A model generated the notes under the pieces. It saw only the letters and a program-made list of their open reading frames with translations. It was not told where the DNA came from and ran no database searches. Shown in pieces: positions 43,512-53,256 of a stretch of 64,000 nucleotides of DNA (position 1 is the stretch's first letter; each line of letters opens with the position of its first letter). Location of the stretch: assembly GCA_041178425.1 (NCBI GenBank), contig JBEGVH010000021.1:32001-96000 (forward strand), in the 5' to 3' direction. The translations under genes were made by a program, and so were the position numbers. Source of the stretch: Pseudomonadota bacterium (GTDB lineage: Bacteria; Bdellovibrionota; Bdellovibrionia; Bdellovibrionales; Bdellovibrionaceae).

Positions 43512-45842
43512 ATGAAAAAATCATGGATGATCTTCGCATTACTTGTAGTGGCAGCAAACGGAAGAGCTCAATTTGAAGACAATGAGTTTCCACCGCCTCC
43601 ACCTCCCCCGCCCACTGGCTTCGGTGAGGAACCAAATACTCTCAGTAGCCGTCCTACTCCAATGGGCTCATCCTCTTCTGCGGGAAAGTCTGGTTCCCTG
43701 ATCTCAAAAGATAAACGAGACAAACTCGCGCAAGCGAGCGTCGATGAGATCAACGATAAAAACTACCCCGAATTGATCGACAGCTTTGATTACAACAATG
43801 CTGAAATTTCTGATGTGATCAAGGCCATCTCTGAACTCACAGGAAAAAACTTTATTATCGATCCTGGAGTTCGAGGTAAGATTACGATCATCGCTCCAAC
43901 AAAAATCACTGTGGCAGAAGCCTATAAAGCTTTTCTATCAGCCCTAGCGATAAACGGATACACCGTTGTTCCAAGCGGTGGTTTTTTTAAGATCAAGTCT
44001 TCTAGAAACGCCCAAAGAGACAATATCGAAACATATGCGGGTAACTATTTTCCGAACTCCGATCAAATGATCACTCGAATTATTCACCTCAAGCACATTT
44101 CTGCCGACCAGGTGAGCCGAGAACTACGCATTCTCAATTCAAAAGATGGTGAAGTGACTCCCTTCAATTCTACCAATTCTATTATTCTTTCTGATTACGG
44201 CTCTAACGTTGAAAGAGTCATGAAGATCATAAACCAGCTTGATGTTCCTGGCTTCGAAGAAAAACTCTTTGTTCTCCGAATTGGCAACGCAAAAGCGAAA
44301 GACATCGCCGAATTGATCAATAAAATCGTCAATAAAGATTCTAGCTCTAAAGGCGGTAGTGGGGGCGGAAGTTTTTCAGCCGGTGTTCCACGCTTTGGTG
44401 GCAATGCTGGTCGTTCGGCCCAAGGTCAGTCGGGCTCAGCTTACTTTATGGTTATACCCGACGATCGCACGAACTCACTGATTATTGTTGGAAACACACA
44501 GGGAATCGAGAGAGTTAAAAAACTCGTTTCACAACTCGATTTCAAAATTAAAGCCGACGATAATGGCGGAGTTTATGTTTACTACGTCAAAAATGGCGAG
44601 GCCGAAAAAATTGCTCAAACACTTTCAGGAATTGCCAAAGATAGCAAACCTGCAGGAGGGGGCGGCGGCGGCGCTGGAGGCTTTGTTCCTCCCTCTCAAC
44701 AAGCTCAGAGTATATTTGGCGGCGATGTGCGCGTGACCGCAGATAAAGACACCAACAGCTTAATTATCACCGCTAGCAAGCAAGACTACGAAGTTGTTCT
44801 TAATCTCCTCTCAAAAATCGATATCCAAAGAGACCAAGTGTACGTTGAGGCTGTGATCATGGAGATGCTTATCGACGATGCTGCAAACTGGGGCCTCGGA
44901 TACTATAAATTCGATAAAGAGAGCGGCGGAATGGGGCGTGTAGGCTTTAATGGAAATATCAACCTGGCCGACGTCATGAATCCTATTGCTGGCAGCGGAG
45001 CGATCCTCAGTTTTGGTAGCGGTGATGTTTTTGAACTTAAAACTCCCACTGGAGTTACTCAAAAAGTGACTTCGCTTGTGGGCTTTTTAAACTTCCTTAA
45101 AACAACCGGACGCACGAACGTTCTCTCCACTCCACAAATTATGGCTCTTGATAATGAAGAGTCCGAAATCGAAGTGGGTGAAGAAGTTGCGACAAGCTTA
45201 CAAACGACTCAGAGCCCTACCGGAACTCAAACGTCGGCCAACTTTAAAGATGCCACCATTAAATTAAAGATTAAGCCCTTTATCTCCCCGGCTAGCGATA
45301 CGATTAGAATGAAAATTGATCAGAAAATCGCACAACCAGAAGCACAAGGGCAGATTCCTAATACCCTGACTCTTTCAAAGCGATCAATCACCACAAATAT
45401 CGTCGTTCCCGATGGCGATACCGCGGTGCTCGGGGGCCTCGTTAAAGACACTGAGACCGAAGCCATCACTAAAGTTCCTTTGTTGGGCGATATACCTGTT
45501 TTGGGCTGGCTCTTTAAATCGAGAAAAATTGCTAAGAAAAAAACGAATCTTCTGGTATTCTTAACACCGAAAATCATTAGAAACTTGTCGGAAAATCAAA
45601 AGCTCGTCGACAAGAAACTCAATGAACGACTGAACTTTATTAAACAAAATGGTGGTAGAGATCCATACGGAAAAAAAGTCGACGAGCTACCACGTAGAGG
45701 ACGCGTAGCTTCGAGCCCGGTCAAAGAATCTGAGATTATGGCACCGCCATCGGCTGAACCAGAGATTCCTGCCATTGAAGCCGTTGAAGAACGAGAAGAA
45801 ACCATGACTCCGGAAGAGCTCGACGGCACTGTCGTTGAGTAA
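43512..45842 (+). CDS. gspD: type II secretion system secretin D
   Basis: ISELTGKNFIIDP, DDRTNSL, QVYVEAVIME, KVPLLGDIPVLGWLF, LLVFLTPKII. Confidence 0.95.
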   Translation: MKKSWMIFALLVVAANGRAQFEDNEFPPPPPPPPTGFGEEPNTLSSRPTPMGSSSSAGKSGSLISKDKRDKLAQASVDEINDKNYPELIDSFDYNNAEISDVIKAISELTGKNFIIDPGVRGKITIIAPTKITVAEAYKAFLSALAINGYTVVPSGGFFKIKSSRNAQRDNIETYAGNYFPNSDQMITRIIHLKHISADQVSRELRILNSKDGEVTPFNSTNSIILSDYGSNVERVMKIINQLDVPGFEEKLFVLRIGNAKAKDIAELINKIVNKDSSSKGGSGGGSFSAGVPRFGGNAGRSAQGQSGSAYFMVIPDDRTNSLIIVGNTQGIERVKKLVSQLDFKIKADDNGGVYVYYVKNGEAEKIAQTLSGIAKDSKPAGGGGGGAGGFVPPSQQAQSIFGGDVRVTADKDTNSLIITASKQDYEVVLNLLSKIDIQRDQVYVEAVIMEMLIDDAANWGLGYYKFDKESGGMGRVGFNGNINLADVMNPIAGSGAILSFGSGDVFELKTPTGVTQKVTSLVGFLNFLKTTGRTNVLSTPQIMALDNEESEIEVGEEVATSLQTTQSPTGTQTSANFKDATIKLKIKPFISPASDTIRMKIDQKIAQPEAQGQIPNTLTLSKRSITTNIVVPDGDTAVLGGLVKDTETEAITKVPLLGDIPVLGWLFKSRKIAKKKTNLLVFLTPKIIRNLSENQKLVDKKLNERLNFIKQNGGRDPYGKKVDELPRRGRVASSPVKESEIMAPPSAEPEIPAIEAVEEREETMTPEELDGTVVE

Positions 45843-45864
45843 AAAAGGATAAAGAAAAAACGAT

Positions 45865-47556
45865 ATGGCTTTAGATATCGCAACAGTAATTCAAAAGACG
45901 ACGACCCTTAAAGAGGAGCAGATTCGCTATCTACTCCTTGCACCAGCAATGAAGCACAATGGAAACATTGGGCAAGCTCTGGAAGAAAAGCAGTTCAGCA
46001 CGGCCGACGACATCGTAAATGAACTGTGTAAGCAAATGGGCCTTGAGTTTATTAAAGATATTCCCATAAACGATATCTCAGCGGACCTCGTAAATAACAT
46101 TCCAATCAACTACTCGAAGAGCCAATCCTGCCTCCCCGTTCGCGACGAAGGCGATGTAATGAAGGTTTTAACCTCGAACCCTCTCAATACAAAAGCTTTA
46201 GACGACTTACGTGTTATCTTTAAAAAAAAGATCCGATTCTTAGTCACGACGAGTGCCCGATTAGCTGATGCTATCAATAAAGTTTACGAAAAAAGCACCG
46301 CAAACCTCGCTGGCCTTGATGCGATCGAAAGCGATGATGCTGTTGACCTTGAAGATCAGGTGGTTGACCTTCTTGATTCGGGCGAGGATGATGCCCCGGT
46401 TATCAAGCTGGTCAATTCTCTTTTGTTTAGAGCTGTTAAAGAGAAGGCTTCTGATATTCATATTGAACCCTATGAAAAAGACATGTTGGTGCGCTATCGA
46501 ATTGATGGCGTTCTCATTGATATTGTAAAGCCTCCGAAAAAACTTCAAAACTCTATCACCTCAAGGGTGAAGGTTATGGCCAATCTGAACATCGCCGAAA
46601 AACGACTCCCCCAGGATGGGCGAATTCCTCTCAAAATTGGAGGAAAAGACATCGACGTGAGGGTTAACACGATGCCGACCGCTTTTGGAGAGCGCGTCGT
46701 GATGCGTTTGGCGGACCGATCAAGCACAGTGCTAGAATTAGAGCAACTTGGTTTTTCTGAAGATAGCTTGGCCAAATTCGACGACATCCTGAATAGAACT
46801 TATGGAATCCTCTTGGTGACCGGTCCGACGGGTTCTGGTAAGTCGACAACACTCTACGCTTCCATTACGCGCATCAATAAACCCGATATCAATATTGTTA
46901 CAATCGAAGATCCGGTCGAACAACGAATTCATGGTATTGGGCAGATTCCGGTCAACGCAAAAATCGGTCTCACCTTTGGTTCCGGTTTGCGCGCGATCCT
47001 CAGACAAGACCCTGACGTGATCATGGTGGGGGAGATTCGTGACCTAGAAACTGCAGAAATTTCAATTAACGCCTCTTTAACCGGTCACTTGGTCCTCTCT
47101 ACCCTTCACACCAACGATTCGGCAGGTGCTTTTCCGCGTATGATCGACATGGGGTGCGAACCTTTCCTCATTGCAACCTCACTTCAAGGTGTTATTGCCC
47201 AACGACTTGTGCGTGTTCTTTGCCCACATTGCCGTATTCCCTACAACCCGACCGATCTGGAATTGCAGAGTTTAGGCATCTCTCGATCTGTTGCTACCAA
47301 CGCTAATATTTGTAAAAAAGGCGGTTGCGATCAATGCAATGGAAAAGGTTACGTGGGTCGAACGATTATTGCCGAATTCATGATGGTCTCAGAAGGCATT
47401 CGTTCACTCATTATGCAACGCAAAGATGGCGCGACCATTCGCAAGAAAGCCATTGAGGAAGGGATGCTGACATTTCGAGAACATGGAGTGCAAAAAGTTC
47501 TTAATGGTATTACAACTCTAGAAGAATTATTTAGTAATACCCAAATGGATTTATAA
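45865..47556 (+). CDS. gspE: type II secretion system ATPase E
   Basis: ASDIHIEP, AEKRLPQDGR, Walker A GPTGSGKS, LRQDPDVIMVGEIRD, and a Cys4 motif. Confidence 0.95.
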   Translation: MALDIATVIQKTTTLKEEQIRYLLLAPAMKHNGNIGQALEEKQFSTADDIVNELCKQMGLEFIKDIPINDISADLVNNIPINYSKSQSCLPVRDEGDVMKVLTSNPLNTKALDDLRVIFKKKIRFLVTTSARLADAINKVYEKSTANLAGLDAIESDDAVDLEDQVVDLLDSGEDDAPVIKLVNSLLFRAVKEKASDIHIEPYEKDMLVRYRIDGVLIDIVKPPKKLQNSITSRVKVMANLNIAEKRLPQDGRIPLKIGGKDIDVRVNTMPTAFGERVVMRLADRSSTVLELEQLGFSEDSLAKFDDILNRTYGILLVTGPTGSGKSTTLYASITRINKPDINIVTIEDPVEQRIHGIGQIPVNAKIGLTFGSGLRAILRQDPDVIMVGEIRDLETAEISINASLTGHLVLSTLHTNDSAGAFPRMIDMGCEPFLIATSLQGVIAQRLVRVLCPHCRIPYNPTDLELQSLGISRSVATNANICKKGGCDQCNGKGYVGRTIIAEFMMVSEGIRSLIMQRKDGATIRKKAIEEGMLTFREHGVQKVLNGITTLEELFSNTQMDL

Positions 47557-47573
47557 TGGTACACTGAGGCTGT

Positions 47574-48794
47574 ATGCCATTATTTGAATATAAAGGTTTA
47601 GACCGCGCAGGAAAAAGCAAGAAAGGTTCGATCGACGCTGAAAACGTTCGAGCGGCCCGTCTTAAGCTAAAAAAAGACGGCATTTTTGTTACTGACATCA
47701 AAAACAAACAAAAAGCAGCCGCCTCAACAGGAAGTCTCAAAAAGGTATCGAGTGGCTCTGTTCCTGTGCGTGATCTTGCCATGATGGTTCGACAATTAGC
47801 CACCATGTTAAAGGCTAAGATCCCTCTAGTCGACACCCTCTCTGCTGTTTCGGATCAGGTAGAAAACCCAACTCTCAAGGATGCACTTTCCGAAGCAAAA
47901 AACTTAGTTAATGAAGGCTCGCCCTTCTACAAAACACTCGAACGATATCCAAAGGTTTTTGACAAGATTTTCGTGTCTATGGCCGAAGCCGGAGAGGCCT
48001 CTGGTACTCTTGATACCATTCTCATTCGTCTTGCAGAGTTTACAGAAGCGCAAGATCAGCTGAACAGCAAAGTGAAATCAGCCCTAATGTATCCCATCAT
48101 CATGATGGTCATTACGGTGATACTCCTCATGGGACTCTTTATCTTTGTTATTCCACAGATGGTGGCGGTGTTTGAATCTTCTCCCGATTTGCAGCTTCCT
48201 TGGTACTCGGTAGCCATAATCGATCTCAGTGGCATCATGGTGAATTACTGGTACTTAATTATTGGATTTTTCTTTGGCGCCTATTTTATCTTTCTCAATT
48301 GGAAAAATTCAGTCAGCGGTTCAAGACAGTGGGATGCCATATCCCTGAAACTGCCAGTGATTGGCGCCATGAACCGAATGGTCGCCGTCTCGCGCTTCAC
48401 CCGCACCTTGGCGACTCTTCTCACTGGGGGCGTCCCAATGCTCCAAGCATTAGAGATTGTTAAGAACGTCGTTAACAATGCGATTCTCGCTGATGCTATC
48501 GACGACGCTCGCAGCAATATTACTGAAGGGGAAAATATCGCAACTCCTCTAAGACGGTCGGGCCAATTTCCTCCGATTGTTATACACATGGTGAGCATTG
48601 GCGAAAAAACAGGTGAGCTCGAAAACATGCTTATTCAAGTCTCTGATGCCTATGATTTTCAGGTAAAAAACAAAGTTGAGGGCCTAACGAGTATCATGGC
48701 CCCTGTCGTTATTGTCGTTATGGGTATTGTGATTGGAATTATCGTTTTTGCCATCATGATTCCTATGTTCGAGATGTCAAACATCGCCGGATAA
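47574..48794 (+). CDS. gspF: type II secretion system inner membrane protein F
   Basis: RQLATML, AGEASGTLD, SALMYP, RFTRTLATLL, IGEKTGEL. Confidence 0.95.
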   Translation: MPLFEYKGLDRAGKSKKGSIDAENVRAARLKLKKDGIFVTDIKNKQKAAASTGSLKKVSSGSVPVRDLAMMVRQLATMLKAKIPLVDTLSAVSDQVENPTLKDALSEAKNLVNEGSPFYKTLERYPKVFDKIFVSMAEAGEASGTLDTILIRLAEFTEAQDQLNSKVKSALMYPIIMMVITVILLMGLFIFVIPQMVAVFESSPDLQLPWYSVAIIDLSGIMVNYWYLIIGFFFGAYFIFLNWKNSVSGSRQWDAISLKLPVIGAMNRMVAVSRFTRTLATLLTGGVPMLQALEIVKNVVNNAILADAIDDARSNITEGENIATPLRRSGQFPPIVIHMVSIGEKTGELENMLIQVSDAYDFQVKNKVEGLTSIMAPVVIVVMGIVIGIIVFAIMIPMFEMSNIAG

Positions 48795-48909
48795 CGTAAA
48801 AACTGCATAGAAGCCTCTCCCCTTGCTCACATCCTCTTGAAGTGGTAAGCCATACACCTTTGATAACGGTTGAAATTTCTGAGGCCTGAGGCTTCAAAGA
48901 GAGCATCAA

Positions 48910-50826
48910 ATGACTTTTATTTTTCATTTTTTAACACTCCTATTTTTGCCGTTCTTCCTTTTTGCAACAAATGAACCTTTAGACTCCAACTTTCGCTGGC
49001 CCAATGCACGTAAAGATGCCATTGGAACAGCCTTTGAAGCCAAAGGGGCGCTTTCACCTGTTTGGTTTACCACATCGAATGGCTCAATCACCGAAGTTTA
49101 TTATCCGCAGGTAGACTCCATTCAATCGGCTTTTCTCAAGTTTTATTTTCTTTTCAAAGATGGTTCCATGCTTTCTGCGGATCAACTCCATACTGAAACC
49201 AATTATCAAACTTCAAACCTAATCCCATTGATGATTTTCAGCGACTCAAAACGAGGCTTCCGAGCGGAACAAAAAGTCGTTACCGACCCAAACTCGCCAC
49301 GACTTCTCACTCGATTGCGCCTCTTTTGTGGTGTTAGCTGTCCGCGCATTTTTGTGAGATGGCAACCAGCGATTCAAGCTCACCCCAGCCAAACTCAAAT
49401 TCATTGGCTTAAAAATTCCGTCAGGGCCTTTTCAAAAACACTCCCCAATCCCAGCTTGGGGGCCGAGGCTTATCTGCAATCTAAAACAAAATTTGTTGCA
49501 ACAAAGGTACCTGCTCCCAATGATACTCCGGTGGGAGACGTTAATTTTTGGGCAGAAATTAAACCTGATACACAAAATACGGCTCTTTTAACTATCTCGT
49601 TTTCTCCGCCGGGAACTGTTTTTAAAACAACGAAAGACGCCTTTGCCTGGAGCAAAACTGAGGCTGACTATGCTCGGGGCTGGAACAACTACAGCAAGAG
49701 AAACCAAGCAAACAATCGCTGGCTTTCTCAAGACGCTCTGGCTTTAAAGTCTCTCTCACTTCTGAAAATGCACGAAGACAAACTCAACCGAGGGGCCTTC
49801 ATTGCTGCGTTTTCGATTCCAGGGATTCCCCAATTGGCTCATGCCCATGAAGACTATGCCGGCTATCACCTGATTTGGCCTCGGGACCTCTATCAGGTAG
49901 CAACGGCGTTTATGGCCATCAATGATTGGACACAGGTCCAACAAATCTTTACCTATTTGTTATCAAAACAACTGCCTAATGGAGCTTGGGCCCAAAATTT
50001 TTGGATCAATGGAACTCCGTCATGGCCGTCTCTGCAAATGGATGAAGTGAGCGCCCCAATTCTCATCGCGGGAACCCTTGTTGACAATGGCGTTTCTCTG
50101 ACCGAACCCCAAAAAAACGCAATCAGAAAGGCGGCTCTCTTCATCAGCAAAATGGGTCCGTCCACACCACAAGAGCGATGGGAAGAAGTGGGTGGTTATA
50201 GCCCCCACGTCTTAGCCTCTGAAATTGCAGCCTTGCGGATCGCTAGCCGCCTTTTAAACGACCCCTCTTTTTTAACGGTGGCAGATCAATGGGAACAATC
50301 TATTGAGACATGGACCTTTATTAAAAACTCTGCTCGCGGACGAGATTATTACTGCCGTATTAGTCCTACTGGAACCCCTAAAACCGATAGCGAATCTGCT
50401 CAATCGACAATGGATCTCGGATTTCTCGAACTCGTTCGCTTGGGTGTACGCACGGCAACCGATAAACGAATCACCAGCAGTCTTGCGGCCATCGAAACCC
50501 AAACCGATATCTTTAAAAATGGCTATTATCGCCGCTACAACGGCGACGTTTACGGGTGGAACGGACGAGGAGGATTTTGGCCTCTACTCACCGGTGAAAA
50601 GGGTGAATTTGAATTACAGGCCGGTCGATTCGACGAGGCAGAAAAGGCTCTTCAATTATTTCGCAGCACTCAAACACCAGCGGGTCATTTAGCCGAGCAA
50701 ATCGATGACCCACAAACAATGTTTATTGGCCCAAACTCCGCCTCACCGCTCGCTTGGTCGCACGCAGGATATATCCGCCTCGCCAGTAAAATTAAAAGTA
50801 CCCCGTCCTCTGTAAAATCAAATTAA
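48910..50826 (+). CDS. secreted glucoamylase / glucan 1,4-alpha-glucosidase (GH15)
   Basis: Signal peptide, VWFT/TEVYYP N-domain, YHLIWPRDL, QMDE, QERWEE, LAEQ, PLAWSHA. Confidence 0.9.
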   Translation: MTFIFHFLTLLFLPFFLFATNEPLDSNFRWPNARKDAIGTAFEAKGALSPVWFTTSNGSITEVYYPQVDSIQSAFLKFYFLFKDGSMLSADQLHTETNYQTSNLIPLMIFSDSKRGFRAEQKVVTDPNSPRLLTRLRLFCGVSCPRIFVRWQPAIQAHPSQTQIHWLKNSVRAFSKTLPNPSLGAEAYLQSKTKFVATKVPAPNDTPVGDVNFWAEIKPDTQNTALLTISFSPPGTVFKTTKDAFAWSKTEADYARGWNNYSKRNQANNRWLSQDALALKSLSLLKMHEDKLNRGAFIAAFSIPGIPQLAHAHEDYAGYHLIWPRDLYQVATAFMAINDWTQVQQIFTYLLSKQLPNGAWAQNFWINGTPSWPSLQMDEVSAPILIAGTLVDNGVSLTEPQKNAIRKAALFISKMGPSTPQERWEEVGGYSPHVLASEIAALRIASRLLNDPSFLTVADQWEQSIETWTFIKNSARGRDYYCRISPTGTPKTDSESAQSTMDLGFLELVRLGVRTATDKRITSSLAAIETQTDIFKNGYYRRYNGDVYGWNGRGGFWPLLTGEKGEFELQAGRFDEAEKALQLFRSTQTPAGHLAEQIDDPQTMFIGPNSASPLAWSHAGYIRLASKIKSTPSSVKSN

Positions 50827-50877
50827 GCTCTCCCTCAAAAATTTAATTTATTCTCAACCAGGCTCAAATAATTCAAT

Positions 50878-51024
50878 AGATGAGGATGCGCCTTAGAGGA
50901 GCGAAAGTCTGAGGGCTCCGGCGAACGTGATGTGTTGGCCGTGCCCCAACGGGGTCGGCCACGCCGGCGAGGCCATGGAATGGCCGACCCGAAGGATTCG
51001 CTCCTCTAAGGCGCATCCTCATCT
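50878..51024. repeat. 147-bp palindromic element with perfect 28-bp terminal inverted repeats and nested inner hairpins
   Basis: AGATGAGGATGCGCCTTAGAGGAGCGAA (50878-50905) and its exact reverse complement (50997-51024). Confidence 0.85.
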
Positions 51025-51221
51025 TTCGATCCTATGCCTCGCTAATCGGTCACCAAACCCACTTTCGGCCATTCGTCAAAATCATAGACACTACCTATTG
51101 TCCCGCGGTCCTCCAAACCATTTCTGGGTTGGTTCGTTTTTAGCAAGGCCTCTATGAAGGAGTTAAATCCCTCTGCTGGGATATGAACATTCGGTCTCAA
51201 CCAACGAAAGGTGTAGTTTCA

Positions 51222-52796
51222 ATGAAGAAGGTTACTTTTGCAGGATTGGTCTTTCTTAGCGGCGTATTTGCCCATTCCGCCGAACGCCAAAAAATTGTTC
51301 TTCAACCGGGTATTACCTGTCGAGATATTAACACCGCCATAAAGAGTTTAGGGCCTGAGGGTGGAGACATCTATCTTCCCGCAGGAATTATTGATTGTGA
51401 TGAAATGGTCAACATTGAACGCTCGCACGTGGCTCTCATCGGAAAAGGCCGAGGCGATAGAGGCCAAACTCAATTTACAAAATTACTTATGAGAAATGGA
51501 GAGCCCACCCCCGTTCTCGTTCTTGGCGTTCTTCCTGTTACTCGATTTGATGCCAAAAGCGGACACGGAATTCAATCTTATCCAACCCACGAAATTGAAG
51601 ATGTGACAGTAAAAAATTTGGCTGTTGATGCGAATCGGTTCGCAAGCCCTAAAAATTCACGCCACATGGATTTCGAGTGCTATGACGCTGAGAAAAAACA
51701 GAGTCTTAATTGCACCAAGGTTAAGACCGATCAGAATGGCAACATTGAATACATGAAAGACGAAAAAGGTCAGTTGGTCTACGAAAAAGACTCCTCAGGA
51801 CGCTTAAAATATGACGATAACAAGAACCCGATTAAAATTCCTCTCTATGAAGACAGTTCGAGTTTTGTTCGAAATAACGCCATCACAATCAGACGAGTGA
51901 AACTTGCCTGGCTCGAAAACGTATCGGCCGATCGATCTTTCTCTGGCGGCTTAACCGTCGAAAAATTATCGTCTTACCTTCATATTAAAAACTTTACAGC
52001 CAGACAGAATGCCTTAGACGGTTTTGCTGGGTATGAAACGCACTCAAGCAATTTCAAAGACCTTTACTTGATGGATAATCCCGAATCTGGAATTTCTATT
52101 GATATGAGTTTTGAAGCCTCTAAAGCACCCGAACTTAAGGGAAAAACATTTCCCAATGTTTTTGAAAATGTTTATCTCATTGGTAACGGAAAAAATGGGG
52201 TTTTCTCTCATAGCCTGAGTGGCACTGTCTTTAAAAATATGAAAATCATGGGCAATGGCGAGTATGGACTTTTTATCGATGGTCATCGCGAGTTGCAGCA
52301 GGACGGATCGTGGGTACTTACACCCGGAACTTGCGATAAAACGATCATTCAAGATGTCATTGCCATTAACAACAAACTCTCCTCGGTGAAGTTTAATCAC
52401 TATTGTCAAAATTCAGTGATCAAAAACCTTCGGTCAATAAAAACTATTGACGCAAAAATCGAGGAAAACCTCAACGCTCAGTTGGAGCAGGAAAACAATA
52501 ATCTAAACGCCCTTCGTGCTACCATAAGCGGGCTCGACGATAAAAGATCTCTTACTGAAAAAAGACAATTAGAAGAAACAGCAAAAGGAATTTCACAAAG
52601 AATGACCGATATCCGCGTTAACTTATGGAAGCTCGGTGAGGCAAAGCTGTGTATCAACCTCTTCGACGCAGAAAAAACTAAACTGCTCTCAAAAAATGTA
52701 AAATGCGAAATTAATCCTTACTTCGTCATCAGCCAAGAAGCGCTTGATCGTACCGCTGAGATTAACAGCGCCATTGCTACGGTTCGTGGTCTCTAA
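51222..52796 (+). CDS. secreted right-handed parallel beta-helix (pectin lyase-like) protein
   Basis: Signal peptide, INTAIKSL...GGDIYLPAG, and repeated N..xG[IVL]x[ILV] turns. ORF track start is 51183. Confidence 0.8.
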   Translation: MKKVTFAGLVFLSGVFAHSAERQKIVLQPGITCRDINTAIKSLGPEGGDIYLPAGIIDCDEMVNIERSHVALIGKGRGDRGQTQFTKLLMRNGEPTPVLVLGVLPVTRFDAKSGHGIQSYPTHEIEDVTVKNLAVDANRFASPKNSRHMDFECYDAEKKQSLNCTKVKTDQNGNIEYMKDEKGQLVYEKDSSGRLKYDDNKNPIKIPLYEDSSSFVRNNAITIRRVKLAWLENVSADRSFSGGLTVEKLSSYLHIKNFTARQNALDGFAGYETHSSNFKDLYLMDNPESGISIDMSFEASKAPELKGKTFPNVFENVYLIGNGKNGVFSHSLSGTVFKNMKIMGNGEYGLFIDGHRELQQDGSWVLTPGTCDKTIIQDVIAINNKLSSVKFNHYCQNSVIKNLRSIKTIDAKIEENLNAQLEQENNNLNALRATISGLDDKRSLTEKRQLEETAKGISQRMTDIRVNLWKLGEAKLCINLFDAEKTKLLSKNVKCEINPYFVISQEALDRTAEINSAIATVRGL

Positions 52797-52802
52797 TCAA
52801 TC

Positions 52803-52837
52803 CCGATCGGTGCCTTGAAGCCAAGGCACCGAATCGG
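52803..52837 (+). terminator. stem-loop after the beta-helix gene
   Basis: TCGGTGCCTTG-AAGC-CAAGGCACCGA perfect 11-bp stem, with no strong T tract. Confidence 0.55.
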
Positions 52838-52928
52838 TTCGTCGCACACCTGCCTCACCCCTTCCCCTGTGTTCCACCTTGCCTAAGCGAAATTCCTGAG
52901 TTACCAATGAGAGATAAGATCTTCTAGT

Positions 52929-53005
52929 GATCACGTAGCTCAGTTGGATAGAGCACTAGTTTCCTAAACTGGGGGTCGCAAGTTCAATCCTTGCCGTGAT
53001 CACCA
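52929..53005 (+). tRNA. tRNA-Arg(CCT)
   Basis: GATCACG...CGTGATC-ACCA, anticodon arm CTAGT-TTCCTAA-ACTGG, T arm GCAAG-TTCAATC-CTTGC. Confidence 0.95.
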
Positions 53006-53256
53006 TTCTTACTCCAAAGCCAAAGTGTTTCTCGGGTTTAAACGAAATTCTAAAAGTGCGGCGATTTTCGTCACAGTAGCCCCTCTTACTGAGTCTGCGG
53101 TGCGCCCTAGTTCGAATCTGACCCTTTTTCGATAAGCCGCATCGTTTAACTTAACTTTGACCAAAAGAGCCCTAACAAATTGCAACTTTTTATGATATCC
53201 GAGGCCCGATCGAAACCCCTGAAAATTAATTAATCGCCCCACCGACGAGGTTTGGA

